From Ministeria vibrans ATCC 50519 (lineage: Eukaryota > Protista > Filasterea): a DNA stretch of 64,000 nucleotides. Where the stretch lies: NCBI GenBank assembly GCA_943704425.1, contig CALSCP010002236.1, positions 14,328 to 78,327 of the forward strand, in the 5' to 3' direction. Both the position numbers and the translations under genes were made by a program. Position 1 is the stretch's first letter; the number at the start of each line of letters is the position of its first letter. Below are positions 1 to 11,777 of this stretch, piece by piece. Below the pieces are notes generated by a model. That model ran no database searches. It saw nothing but the letters and a program-made list of their open reading frames with translations, and had not been told where the DNA came from.

Positions 1-6
1 TGTTAG

Positions 7-3000
7 GTGAGCGATGCGGCACTGCTGTACATTGGTCTGCCATTGCGAGGTCAGGGCAAGTCGGTGACCTATGAAGAGTTCCAACTGAACCGCCTCGGCC
101 GCTTCAGTAGCGACGAGTCCATCACCTCCATCACCGAATTTATCTGTCAGAAGTTTAGTACGCGTCACGACGAGCCCCAGTCGCGACTTGTGTGTGTTAC
201 CGAGGTGTGTCTGGTTGAGCGTGATCCCGCGACCTACAGTGTGGTCACAGTGCGCGACTTCAACGACATTTTTGCGTTTGTACGTGACGAAGAGGACCTC
301 CAGGGTCTTTCGATTGAGTACAAGAATGGCGATGTGCGCGTGTATCACTCAACTGAGCGCGACTCGCTCCTTGCCGCCGTCCTCGATGCCGCGCGCACTG
401 CCGGCAACCGCGATGCCTTTATCAAAATGAACAACACCAATCGCGGCCATCGCATCGGACCACTCTATGCGCCCGTCGACGAAGACGTCGAGTCGCTCTG
501 GCTCAAGACCATCATCAGCGGTGCCAGTGGCCAGGGGTCGGGCGCAGCAGGCGACAAGACCAGTGCCGGTGCACTCCTTGTGCGCTTCAACACCAACATT
601 GGCTACTCGGGTTTGCGCCACACACGCACTTCTGAAGGTCTCTTTGCCGAGAACAAGGAGCGCCTCATCACAAGCGCTCTGCAGGCCCTCATGGCTCTGA
701 GTCAGACGGTCGCCGATAGCGACGTGTCCACACTCGTAGAGATGTTCGAGGCGACGCGACGTCTCGTCTCGTGCAAGACAGGCTTCGAGGGCTTCACTAT
801 GCTCACCGGCTGTCGCGAGGCCATTGGTCGCATGGTCATGCGGGGCTTCAAGACGCAGAGCGAAGGCGCCGCGTACAGTGCCGTTGATATGCTTGGTGCC
901 CTCATGCAGCCCATGCACGACAACTACGACCTGGCGCAGGAGAGCGACAACAAGCGCTCGCTGCTCAGCAGCAAGTCGTTTCTCACGAACCTCGTCGACC
1001 GTCTGGCACACTACGCCAAGACGGGCACGGGTGCGCTCGTGACCGTCGCCCTGCTGGACTTTCTCACGTTTGCACTGTGTCCCCCTTACGCTGAGACCAC
1101 GGACGCCGAGCAGTTTGACAATCTGCTTGAGACGGTGGCACACCTCGGTCGCGTTCTCTTCCGCCTCTTCCAACACCCCTCCATGGCCATTGTCAAGGCG
1201 GCCGGTCTCGTGATGCAGGCACTCATCGAGGAGGGCGACGAGGAGACGGGTCGTCGCATGCAGGCGCTGGCTCTGTCCGAGGGTGCGCTGCTGCGTCATT
1301 TCATCACGGCCGCTTTTACACGCTCGCAAGACACGCGAATGTTGGCGCATCGCGAACTGTCGCGTCACCTGGTGGGCCTGTGGGCAGCCGGCAATGTGAA
1401 TGCGTCGCGTCTGTTGCAGCGCATGCTGCCTGCCGGACTCATTGGCTTCCTTGAGCTTGACATTGACGAGCACCCCGTGCCTCAAGACGAGTCGGTGAAG
1501 TACTCGCAGCGCGACACGCTCAAGACAGCCGTGGCGCTTACCGAAGCAAAACGCTCCGTGTTTGCCCATTGGCGCTCCAAGATTGGCTTCAAGCGCAAGG
1601 AGGACAAGAACCTCAATCGTCCCGTGACGCTGCGTCGTCGTCGCCAGCGCGTCAAGAAGGAGGGTCACTGGGCGCTCTTCTTTTACCACATCGCACGCGA
1701 TCACAACCGCACGGATCTCATTTGGAACAGCAAGACTCGCGAGGAGCTGCGCGACGCATGTGAGGCCGAGCTGCGCGCCTTCCACGTCGACCGTGACCTG
1801 CGCAACGACGAAGTGATCGCTTGGAACCACGTTGAGTTTGTCGTCACGTATCCGTCGCTTGCCGAGGAACTCAAGATTGGCGACCACTACGTGCGTCTGT
1901 TGCTCGAGTTTGGGGCGCAACGCGAAGAGATCCACGAACCCGTGGTCTTCTTCAACGACCTCTACCATCGCTTCCTGCTTGCCTCCACCGACACCATGCG
2001 GTCGTTGTGTCTGCAGGCCATGGCCAGCGTCTACACAACGTGCTTCGACGAGATTGGTACCTTCAACGACATGCCCGCCATCACAGCAATGCTTGCGCGT
2101 GCACCCAGCAAGATGCAACGCGACCGCTTGGTGCTCTTTATTGAGGCGCTGCTCCTCGACGAGAACAACGTGCGTCTCTTCATCGACGCCAACGGCATGC
2201 GTCAAATGATCGATCTCATGACCGTGGCGCACCTACACGTCGACCGCGAGCTGACGCCACTCCAGCAGAATGTCATCGAAGCGGGTGCAGACATGCTGCG
2301 TGAAGAGGAACGTGAGTGGTACTACACGGATCCACAGGAGCAACGCGCCGGTCCCTTTAACTTGACCGAGATGCGCGGTCTCTACGACAGCGGCACCATT
2401 CGCGACGCGACGCGGTGTTGGGCGCAGGGTATGGGCGCGTGGCGTCCGCTCGACACCATTCCGCTTCTTAAGTGGACGCTCACGCCCGCCGGCGAGCAAT
2501 CGGGTGTGCTCAACGAGACGGCACTGGCGCGCGCGGCACTCGACGTGCTCATTCGTGTCAGCTCGCACTACCCAAGTCGCGACCTTGAGGGTGCTATCAT
2601 TCGGCCGTTGCCCCGTTGCAAGCGTGCCCTCTCCGACATGTCGCAGTTGCCACACCTTGTCAACGTGCTGCTCACGTTTGCACCGCCGCTGGTGGAGCGT
2701 GTTGCTTCGCTTCTCACGCTCATCATGGAGGACAACCCGGATCTACCACGTCTGTACACGACGGGCGCCTTTTACTTTGCTCTGATGTACACCGGCTCGA
2801 ACATTGTGCCTATCAGCAAGTTCCTCGAGAGTGCCCACATGAAGCAGGCTCATCGCCAGGATGAGGAGTCCGCACAAAGCTCCCGGTCGCGCTCCATTCT
2901 GGCGCCGCTCCTGCCCCAGGCCATGGTGTGCTTTCTCGAGCATCATGGTGCCGCCAAGTTTAGCGAGATCTTCTTGGGCGAGTTTGACACGCCCGAGGCC

Positions 3001-6000
3001 ATTTGGAATGCTGAGATGCGCCGCATGATGATTGAGAAGATTGCCGTGCATCTTGCCGACTTTTCGCCGCGTCTGCAGGGCAATCCTCGTGCCCTCTACC
3101 AGTACTGTCCCATTCCCCGCATCAACTACCCCCAGCTCGAGAACGAGCTCTTCTGCAACGTCTACTATTTGCGTCATCTTTGCGACGAGACGAAATTTCC
3201 CGACTGGCCCATTCGCGATCCACTCGATTTGCTCAAGAGTTTGCTGCAGGAGTGGAAGAACGAGGTGGAGAAGAAGCCGCCGGGGATCACGTCAAACGAC
3301 GCGCTCGAGACGCTCGGCCTGGAGCCCGGCTCGTCGCCCACCGACGCAGTCATCCGCAAAGCCTACTTCAAGCTCGCGACCAAGTACCATCCCGACAAGA
3401 ACCCCGACGGTCGCGACATGTTCGAGAAGATCAACGGTGCCTACGAGTTTCTGTCGGCGCGCGCCGCCCAGTCGGTGGTCGATGGACCCGACCCGCGTCG
3501 TATTTTGTTGCTGCTGCGCGCGCAGAGCATTCTCTTCCGCCGCTACGCCGCCGACCTCGAACCGTACAAGTACTCGGGCTACCCCATGCTCATCAAGACG
3601 ATTCAGTACGAGGCTAACGACGAGCAGCTTTTCAGCAAGGACACCCCGTTGCTGCCGGCCGCCGCCGAGCTTGCCTACTACACGATGCGCGTGTCGGCCC
3701 TCAATGCCGAGGAGCTTCATCGCGAGGGTGGCATTGATGTGCTGACGGATGCGTTTGAGCGATGTGTCTCGGTGGTGGGCCAGGAGACAACCGAGGAGGA
3801 GACCAACGCGCGCATTTGTGTGCACCTCATTCGCTGCTTTACGACTTCGGCGCGCTTCGAGACGTGCCGCGACAAGCTCGCGCAGTTGCCGATTGTGGCG
3901 CGCGAAGTGGCGCGCTGCCTTACCATTCCCAAGGCACCCGTGCTGTCGCGCACGGCCGCCGAGTGCGTGAGCGCCTTTGCGATCGACCCGCGTCTGCAGG
4001 AGGCAGTGGTTGCGGCGGGTGCGCTGTGGCATTTGGTGCCGCCGCTGTTTGAGTACGACTACACTCTCACCGAGGCGGGTGTGGAGACGTCGGCCGAGAC
4101 GAACACCCAGGAGGCGAAGAATGAGCGGGCGCGCGTGTGTCTGTATGCTTGTGCGCGCCTGGGCGGGTTCCTCTCGGAAGAGGAAGCATCGCCCGAAAAC
4201 CAGCTGGTGCGGCGGTCGATGGCGGCCCTGCTGACGCCCTACCTGGCGAGCAAGCTGCGCGACAACAGTCCCGAGGAGACGCTCAAGTTGATCACGAGCA
4301 ACGCCGAGAACCCGCATCTCATTTGGAACAACGGCACGCGCGCCGAGCTTCTCGAGTATGTGGTGCGTCAGCGCGACAACATCTCGCGAGGCGAGCATGA
4401 TCCTCAGGCGGCGCCTTCCTTTGTGTTTGCGCAGCTGCGCGACGAACTCAAGATTGGCGGTGTCTATGTGCGCGTGTACAACTCACAGCCGGCCTTTGTA
4501 CTGCACGACGCCAACCGCTTTGTGCGTTCGACCATTGGCTGGCTTGAGAAGGCGTCGGCGGCCGTCAAGGGACCTGCTGCGGCACCCAAGCCGGTGACGT
4601 ATGTTGAACCGCCCAAGAAGGACGAGGACAAGCTGGACGAGGAGGAGGTTGAGGAAGAGAAGGAGGGTGAGGAGAAGGAGGAGAAGGAGGAAGGAGAAGG
4701 CGTGGAGGCAACGGCGGCGGCGGCTGAGGAGGAGGAGGAGGAGGAGGAGGAGAAGGAAATGTCGACGGAAGACGACAAGGCGGCGAGCAAGCCAGCGGCG
4801 AGCGTGGGCACTGAGCGTTCCAAGGTGCTCGAGTGCATGCGACAGACACTGCAGGCGCTGCGTCATTGCTTCATGAACAACCCGGGCACTGAAGTGCACA
4901 CAGTGCAGCGCATGCCACTCATGTTTTCGTTGTTGTCGCTGTCGGAGAACGAAGCGGTGCAGCTGCGTGCGCTGGAGTGCATTTTGTGCATCAGCGGCAG
5001 CGCACAGTGCCTGCAGGGCATGGCGACGTCACTGTCGGTCATCCCACACCTCACGCTGCTCATGGCGACGGTGCCTGCGTCGCACGAGACGGCGCTCAAC
5101 ACACTCATTGCATTGGCTAGTGTTAGCAAACTTGTGTCGGAGCTGCTGCTGCGTGGCGCCGTGCTGTTCACGCTGGACGTGTTCTGCAACAGTCCCAAGC
5201 AGCAGATCCGTCTGCTTGCCGCGCAGACCATCGGCAAGCTCACGGGCGACAAGCTCGTTGGTCCGCGCATTGTTCTCTTTGTCAACAAGATCCTTCCGCA
5301 GATCTTTGTTGACTCTATGCGCGACAACGCCGAGGCGTCCGTCAACATGTTTGACACGAGCCACGAGAACCCCGAGCTTATCTGGAATGATGATGCACGC
5401 GACAAGGTACCCAACCTAGCTGTGTGTGTATGTGTTTTTGTATGTTCTGTTTTTTTTTTTTTTTTTTTTTTTTTTGTGAATTTTTTGAGTGTTGGTGGGG
5501 ATTCAGGTTTGTTTGTACACCTTCTTTTTTTTATTCCACTTACTCTCACACACCCTCTCTGTCAGGTGTGTGCCGAGGTGAGTCGACTGCGTGCTCAGTT
5601 TGCGGAGAAACAAGCGACGAATATGGGTGCCAAGTTTGCACTGCCGGAGGACTTCTCGGTGATCTACGAAGACCTTGACGGGGAGGTGTGTGTGGCGGGA
5701 GTGTACTTGCGGCTGTTCCTGGCGCAACCAGGCTGGGCTCTGCGATCGCCGCGCATCTTCCTCAATGCGCTTATTGAGAAGTTTGTCGCGGCGGCCGGAA
5801 AGGATGCATCGACGCCCGGTGGGATTGAAAATGCCGACGACCAGTTCCAGTTGCTGGGGGGCTCCCTTGTGCATCTGCTGCGCCAGCAGAAGCAGCTGGC
5901 CGAGCAGGTTGCCTCCATTGGCGTCATTCCAAAGCTGTTAGGCGCAGCGAAGAAGTGCCAGAGCTCGGCAGCACGACGGGCATCGGCGGATGTGCTGCAC

Positions 6001-6168
6001 ACGCTGAGCGAAAACGCCAGCTGCGTCGACGGCATGGTTGCCGCCAAGCTCATTCCGTCGTTGCTAATCGTCGTTGACTCCACGCCCGAGGCGGTTGGCG
6101 TTGTTGCCGAGACCATCAAACGCTCGGTGGGCTTGGCCAATCCTCAGAAGACAAACATTGTCAAACAG
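7..6168 (+). CDS. DNAJC13: RME-8 / DnaJ homolog subfamily C member 13, main body. The 5' end is outside the window and the C-terminal exons are at 25624-26243.
   Basis: Four IWN repeats (LIWN, AIWN, LIWN, LIWN), a GYF_2-like segment (WYY..GPF..WAQGM..W), a central J-domain with HPD (YHPDKNPDG) and ARM-like repeats. An acceptor AG precedes base 7. An in-frame, stop-free intron lies at 5407-5565 (GT..AG, 159 nt, poly-T). A phase-0 donor GT is at 6169. The ORF-track tail 'VCVCVC' is (GT)n intron sequence. Confidence 0.95.
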
Positions 6169-6181
6169 GTCAGATCGAGTG

Positions 6182-6194
6182 GTGTGTGTGTGTG

Positions 6195-6291
<97 letters not shown>

Positions 6292-6331
6292 GGTGTGTGT
6301 GTGTGTCTGTCTGTCTGTCTGTCTGTCTGTG
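6182..6331. repeat. (GT)n then (GTCT)n microsatellite in an intron; candidate mis-join point
   Basis: Dinucleotide and tetranucleotide run read directly from the sequence. Confidence 0.95.
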
Positions 6332-6360
6332 TTTGCTGAGTGTTTGTCCCATTTGCGTAG

Positions 6361-7835
6361 TTCCGATTGTGACATTGGAGTACGGTACTACCTGTACGAA
6401 GGAGTGTTCATCAAGCAGAAGAACAATAAGGAGCTCTATGCGTTCCTTTGCAATGATGTTTTGGTGCTCACGAAACGAACGAGAGACACAACGGGTAAAC
6501 CGGGGAAAGAAAACGCAATTTTATATGACAGTGAGGTGCTGATTCTTTGGGTGCACATAGGACTGGGGATTGTGAAGAAGGAAGCGGGATTTCAGTATCA
6601 GCAGTACAAGAAACCACTCAAGGTCAACACACTCAAGTTCATCAGTGAACCGGAAGGGAAAAAACGTAAGCGCTTTAGCGAGAGGGAGAGAGAAACGAAA
6701 TGATAGAGAGGGAGGAGAGAGAAAGAATCAAAGTGATGGGCGCGGAAGTCTAACTCTATCTGTGTCTGGTCTCTCCTTGTCTCTTTTTTTTCATTTTAGC
6801 GTCCAATCCGTGTGCGTTCCAATTGATCAGCGCGCAGATTGAGACCAAGTTTAACTTTCTTGCAGAGTCGCTCAAGGAAAAGGTTGAATCATTATTATTA
6901 TCAATGGTTAGTCTGGGACTTACTTGTTCTTTTGTGTGTTTGTGTAGAACAAATGGGCGAAAAAGATCAACGATGCGAGTCACAAGTACACTGAGACAAT
7001 TGCACGGTCGACGGGCAAACGACAAGCGACGAAACTGTTAAGTGGACTGAGTAGCGGTGGAAGTGGATTGGGAGCGAGCGGAGGGGATTCGAGTGAAGCA
7101 ACGTCTTCGCACGAACACGGCCATGGGCACAAGCACAAGGGAACGGGTGGTTCGAGTATTGGTGCGGGTGCATTGGTGAGTGGCAGTGCGATGAGTGGGG
7201 ATATGCTTCGTTCTACGAGTGTGGTTGCTGTGGGTACGCTTGCCGTTGTCATTGTCAGTGCAAAGTCGTTGGCTGCCGTAAGTCTATATACACACACCCC
7301 CTTTCCCTGCACTCGATCTTATCTCTTGTTGATTATAGGATTCGACGTCGGGTGGTGAGGCAAACCTCTTCCCGTACTGCACTGTGGAAGTGGGGTTCCA
7401 GCGTGAGTCGACCCATGTACTTAAGGGCACTGTGAATCCCGTGTGGAACGCAGAGGTAACAACACTGCGTGAACAGTGAATGCCGTTTGTGTGTGTGTGT
7501 GTGTGTGTGTATGTGTGTGTGGAATTCTGACACTGTTCACTTTTTTTTTTTTTCTGTTGCTGTTGTTTTAGCGTGTTTTGAGTGTGCCCACTCTTGAGGA
7601 GAAGCTGCGCGTGTCGGTGTATGGCGAAGTGACGCACACCGAGACGTGCAAGGAAGACGACTTCCTTGGGGATGTCTCTGTCGACCTCCGCACTCTGCTT
7701 GCACGTCAGAAGAGCGAGCGTCAGCTCCAGAGTAAGGTCACGCTCCCATTGCACAACACGAGTAGTGGTGAGATTACCCTTGAGCTGGAGTTGAGAATGC
7801 TCCACAGAGACGCAACGGGTGGATTTTCATTTTAA
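6361..7835 (+). CDS. 3' part (PH + C2 domains) of an intersectin-like DH-PH-C2 protein; 5' part absent
   Basis: Spliced exons give 'YLYEGVFIKQKNNKELYAFLCNDVLVLT...QYQQYKKPL', which resembles the intersectin PH domain (NKELYGFLFNDFLLL..QYKMYKTP). The C2 domain reads 'GTLAVVIVSAKSL..PYCTVEVG..GTVNPVWN..DDFLG..LPLHNTSSGEITLELEL'. The first exon (6361) is phase 2 and has no compatible upstream exon. Confidence 0.8.
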
Positions 7836-7966
7836 AACATCAAGCGACAGAGAGAGGAGAGCGAGAAGAGGGGGTTTTTTAACATCATGACATTCTTTTT
7901 TTAAAACAATGGAATACTAAGAAGTGGGTATACATTAAGAATAATTATAATCATTGTTGCTTGAAA

Positions 7967-8260
7967 CTAGACCGCTTTCTGACTGAGTCGTTCGCGTTGC
8001 TTCTCTTCCGCTTTTGCACAACACACTTTGAAATCTGCAATCTCTTTTGCACACTTCTCTTGCTGGAAGTTTTTCCACTGAAGACAGTCTTGAATTGCGC
8101 ACGCCTATATAATAATAATAAAGCGTGTGTGAGAGATCACTTTGAGACGGACGAAAGACATAAATAATACATGGAGCACCCAAAAGATGCTCACAACGCA
8201 CATCTGTCGAACCTGAGTTTTGCACACCCGACCACAAAGATCCCTTTCCCCGCCTGGCAT
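7967..8260 (-). CDS. CMC4: CMC4/p8-MTCP1-like twin CX9C mitochondrial intermembrane-space protein (61 aa)
   Basis: Exons 8260-8213 and 8104-7967 give MPGGERDLCGRVCKTQ|ACAIQDCLQWKNFQQEKCAKEIADFKVCCAKAEEKQRERLSQKAV*. It has two CX9C motifs and resembles the CMC4 pattern C..QAC.IQ.CL......KC...I.....CC. Not in the ORF track. Confidence 0.8.
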
Positions 8261-8276
8261 TTCCTCGTCAATGGCA

Positions 8277-8625
8277 CTACAGTGCCCGTTGATAGGAGTT
8301 TCCGTGCTCAAAGCGCCACGACTCGGCTTCAACGAGGCGCAGGAGAGCAGCGCCGTTCAAATCTGAATGACGAACGAAACAAGACACTCAGAGCTGTTCT
8401 CTCCACTCGTCTGACGTGGCTGCGTACCTCCCAAGGGCGCTTTCTTAGTCGGCTCGGTGGCTGCTATTGCAAGGACGTCTTCAACAGCTGCACGAGCGAA
8501 CGAGCGAGAGAGAAAGAGAGAGAGAAATGAGCTGATTTGAAAGAAAAACTAACTCAATTCGTACAGATAGAGGGCACGTCTGGGAGAGGTAATGTTTGGT
8601 CGGCCGTGTCTCTTTTGTCAGACAT
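8277..8625 (-). CDS. Small 68-aa protein (3 exons) with an APC16-like C-terminal motif
   Basis: Exons 8625-8565, 8487-8428 and 8362-8277 have GTACG donors, pyrimidine-rich CAG acceptors and matching phase 1/1. Translation: MSDKRDTADQTLPLPDVPSISVEDVLAIAATEPTKKAPLGDLNGAALLRLVEAESWRFEHGNSYQRAL*. 'LVEAESWRFE' recalls APC16 'LEADEWRFK' (weak match). Confidence 0.6.
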
Positions 8626-8824
8626 TCACGGTAGACAAAAGAAAGAAAGAGAAAAAGTAAATTCAAACTTGAATGGAACAAAATTTTATCGAGTGAGACG
8701 AAAGAGAAAATAAGCAAAATACTACGGAAAATCCTCGATTTTGGCACCCAGTGATTATTGTGTACTGTTTAGGCACTAGAATTTATAGAAGGAGAAACTA
8801 AACAACGTATAACCTTTCAATAGT

Positions 8825-10459
8825 TCACAGCTCATCGACAAAGTCTTTTTCCTCCCTCAGACCATCGGTGGGGCTATCAGTGGTGGCACACTCAGGCAAA
8901 TGGTCGTCGTGGAGCGTAAGGTAGGTGGGGAATGCGTTGGGGCGCACACAGCCCGTGAGGGCGCGGTTGAGGGCGACGTTGAGGAGGGCGAGTCGCGGAA
9001 GACGGGCGAGACTCGGCGGGACATCGCCTGTCAAATCGTTGTTTTGCAGCTGAAGGTGCTCGAGGCGTGTGAGCTGTCCGAGAGAGTCCGGAATGGGCCC
9101 GTGGAGGTCGTTGTTGAAGAGATCGAGGGAGCGCAGCTTGGGCCAGTCAGTGCCAATCCAGTCGGGAATGGAGCCTGAGAGGAACGTCCCGTCCACCCAA
9201 AACTTCTCAATGCGATGCCAGTTGCGAAGGGACTCGGGAATGGGGCCCGAGAGAGAGTACTGACGGCAGATCCAGGGGTGTTCTGTCGCGTACTCAGCGA
9301 CCGACTGGTAGAGCGGGCGACAGAACACTTTGGGGTCCTTGGGGGGGCAAGGCACCCGTCCCTGTTGGAACGCCACGAAGACACGCAGGCTTTCAAGGGC
9401 ACCCCACGCCGACGGGATCGCCGTGTTCATCAGATGGTTTCCGCTGACTTCGAGACGCACGAGAGACGTGAGCGCCCCAATGCACTCGGGCAGTTCGCCC
9501 ACGTAGCCCATGTTGAGCATGAGGACGCGCAGTTGCTTCAGCTCACAGATGGGACGGATCACATGAAAAGGTGCGAGCTCGCGCGTGGCGTACGACAGCT
9601 CAAGGAAGCGCAGGTTTTTGAGGCTGGCAAAGGCGGGCGGCATGAGCGAAGATGAGGGCGGCATCGACAGCATCTCGAGCTCTGTGAGCTTCTCGATGCC
9701 CACTGGCCAGTGACCCTTGATTCCGTTGAGGCTCACGTCAAGCACGCGCAGTTTTGCCAGGTTTGTGACGCAGCTGGGCATAAAGTTGGTGAGGTTGGCG
9801 CGCGGAAGGACCAGACCGACAATGCGACGCTCGTCGCCGACCGTCTCACAGATGACGTTGGAGCATGCACAGGGGTTGTCGCTGCCATGCCGCTTGCACA
9901 CGGTCCAGTAGGGACCTCCGGTGCCGTCGTAGATGCAGCGGAACGCCTCGTGGTCGTGCTCGTTGAGCGGCGCTGCGTCCTCCACACTGGCGCCGTTCCT
10001 GCGGCGGCGCTCGTCGCGCTTAGCCAAGTGGTACGCCGGAATCCAACGCTCAATCAGGTTGTTGCCGAACGCAGCGCGCGCGTCGTCGTCGTTCTCCCGA
10101 AACACCTCGCGGCGCGACGTGGTGAAGGCGCGGCTGATCTTCTGTCCGAGCGCCGGTTGTTCATCAAACAAGTTGAGGTTTTTCCAGACCTCATCTGCGA
10201 GATCAAACGTCACATGCCGGCACGACGCCGCCGAGCCGCACACACAGGAGAGCCCTCGACAATTCTCCAGCAGCTTCTGCTCCAGTTGCGCGTTGTGTTT
10301 GATTTTGTTGGGACATTTGAGTTGGCTGTAAAATGTGGTAAATTCGCTTTTGACAAACTGCACTTCGCGCTTCATGGCTGCCTGCTCAGGCTTGCTCTGA
10401 GGGACCGCGGCCAACACACACCATACGGCAGTGGCGACGACGAGCAATGCCGTGCGCAT
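8825..10459 (-). CDS. Secretory-pathway leucine-rich repeat protein (plant-type LRR), ending in ...VDEL
   Basis: Signal peptide MRTALLVVATAVWCVLA, repeated LxxLxLxxNxLxGxIP units (LRSLDLFNNDLHGPIP, LEHLQLQNNDLTGDVP), no TM segment, single exon. Confidence 0.85.
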   Translation of the reverse strand: MRTALLVVATAVWCVLAAVPQSKPEQAAMKREVQFVKSEFTTFYSQLKCPNKIKHNAQLEQKLLENCRGLSCVCGSAASCRHVTFDLADEVWKNLNLFDEQPALGQKISRAFTTSRREVFRENDDDARAAFGNNLIERWIPAYHLAKRDERRRRNGASVEDAAPLNEHDHEAFRCIYDGTGGPYWTVCKRHGSDNPCACSNVICETVGDERRIVGLVLPRANLTNFMPSCVTNLAKLRVLDVSLNGIKGHWPVGIEKLTELEMLSMPPSSSLMPPAFASLKNLRFLELSYATRELAPFHVIRPICELKQLRVLMLNMGYVGELPECIGALTSLVRLEVSGNHLMNTAIPSAWGALESLRVFVAFQQGRVPCPPKDPKVFCRPLYQSVAEYATEHPWICRQYSLSGPIPESLRNWHRIEKFWVDGTFLSGSIPDWIGTDWPKLRSLDLFNNDLHGPIPDSLGQLTRLEHLQLQNNDLTGDVPPSLARLPRLALLNVALNRALTGCVRPNAFPTYLTLHDDHLPECATTDSPTDGLREEKDFVDEL

Positions 10460-10679
10460 TCCGAAATATTTCGAATATTTTTAAGTTTTTACCAATTAAA
10501 TCATAGTCATAATTATTGACATTGATTGAAAAAGTGTTCGTCTGTGTAACCGCAAGAAATAATAATCATCGGTCATTGTGATAATCGATTTCTGTCTCGC
10601 CTAAGATCGCACATACTGCAATGGACTGACATACACAACAAGAGTTTATACATAGAGTGGCGTGGAGATTCATTTGTAC

Positions 10680-10967
10680 TCAATCGGTTACATTTGCGGA
10701 GGCCTCTTTTCGCAATCGGACTTTCTCTGCACAACACACCAGGATCAGCATTCGCGGCTGCACACACTCACACTCACACATAGACACATTTGGAGAGAAA
10801 CCGTCTCACAAAAGATCAAACGAAGAACTGAGTTGGAACTCAATCTCTCAAATACAAATACAACCCACACCGCACTGCGACAATACACCAGAACACTCTC
10901 ACTGTCCCTTGACAGCTCTACCGCAACACAAACCCCCTCTCTTGTCCGTACACTGAGAGACTTGTTC

Positions 10968-11016
<49 letters not shown>

Positions 11017-11476
11017 TCTGTCTCTCTCGCTCTCAATCTGTCTCTCTCTCTCCCATTCCCGCGCCCCCACACGCAAGCCCGCCCCTGCCCCTGCCCCCTG
11101 CGTACCTTGATACGCCAGATACTCCTCCAGGTAGTCCGCTTCCGCCTTTTCTTTCGATGCCCAGTACGACATGTTTGTTTTCGTGTACCATAGCCCCACG
11201 GGGATGCCCACCAGCGTCGCCATCACGTGGTACTGCGGTCCTGCACACATTCCACACCCACACCAAAGAAAACGACCAATACAGTTAGACCAAAATTCAC
11301 ATTTTTCTTTCTATCGTTTTTTTTTCTTTTTTTTTTAAAAGGATTTTCGTACGGAAAAAGTAAGGCCTGCCCATCACACCGTTGGTGAACACGGCACCGA
11401 AGAACCCCGAGCAACAAAAATACGCGGTGTAGCGCACCAGCTTCTTCGTATCGATCTCAAAATTCCCTTCTTCCAT
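10680..11476 (-). CDS. Probable complex I accessory subunit B14.5b (NDUFC2-like)
   Basis: Exons 11476-11353, 11240-11106 and probably 10726-10680 (phase 1/1) give MEEGNF..GFFGAVFTNGVMGRPYFFRPQYHVMATLVGIPVGLWY..YLAYQEKVRLRKEASANVTD*. Two hydrophobic helices flank an N...RPY..RP..HV motif like plant/protist B14.5b. The last exon is uncertain. Confidence 0.55.
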
Positions 11477-11777
11477 AATACGATTAATTTTAATGATGAA
11501 TTTGATCGCTTTTGAGTTTTGGAATTCGTATTTGACATTTTCAATTCTGAGTACCGTTCTCGACTATATTATCCGTGTTCTTGTGTAGTTTGCTTTAAGT
11601 ACATCGATAATCGATTGCCTTTGCATTTGACAGTGAGTTGGCAATCGACATATCTTACCTTATATGAGTTACAAATTACAAATGAGTTAACAATTACAAC
11701 TTACATAACTAACGTCCCTCTTTTAAACTCTTCCTCTCTCTTTATTAATTCTTATTTCCAATCATGTAGTCCATTGC

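Noticed and set aside
349-4398. Long antisense ORFs (627 aa, 368 aa) and similar shadow ORFs over the ABCA and giant genes
   Set aside because: Expected shadows of GC-biased codon usage on the opposite strand; no recognisable domains.
5407-5565. Hydrophobic poly-Phe TM segment in the RME-8 ORF
   Set aside because: It is an in-frame GT-AG intron containing poly-T.
7-7835. Novel RME-8 + PH + C2 fusion protein
   Set aside because: The donor at 6169 is phase 0 and the exon at 6361 is phase 2, so the join gives an immediate stop. The true RME-8 C-terminus is at 25624-26243.
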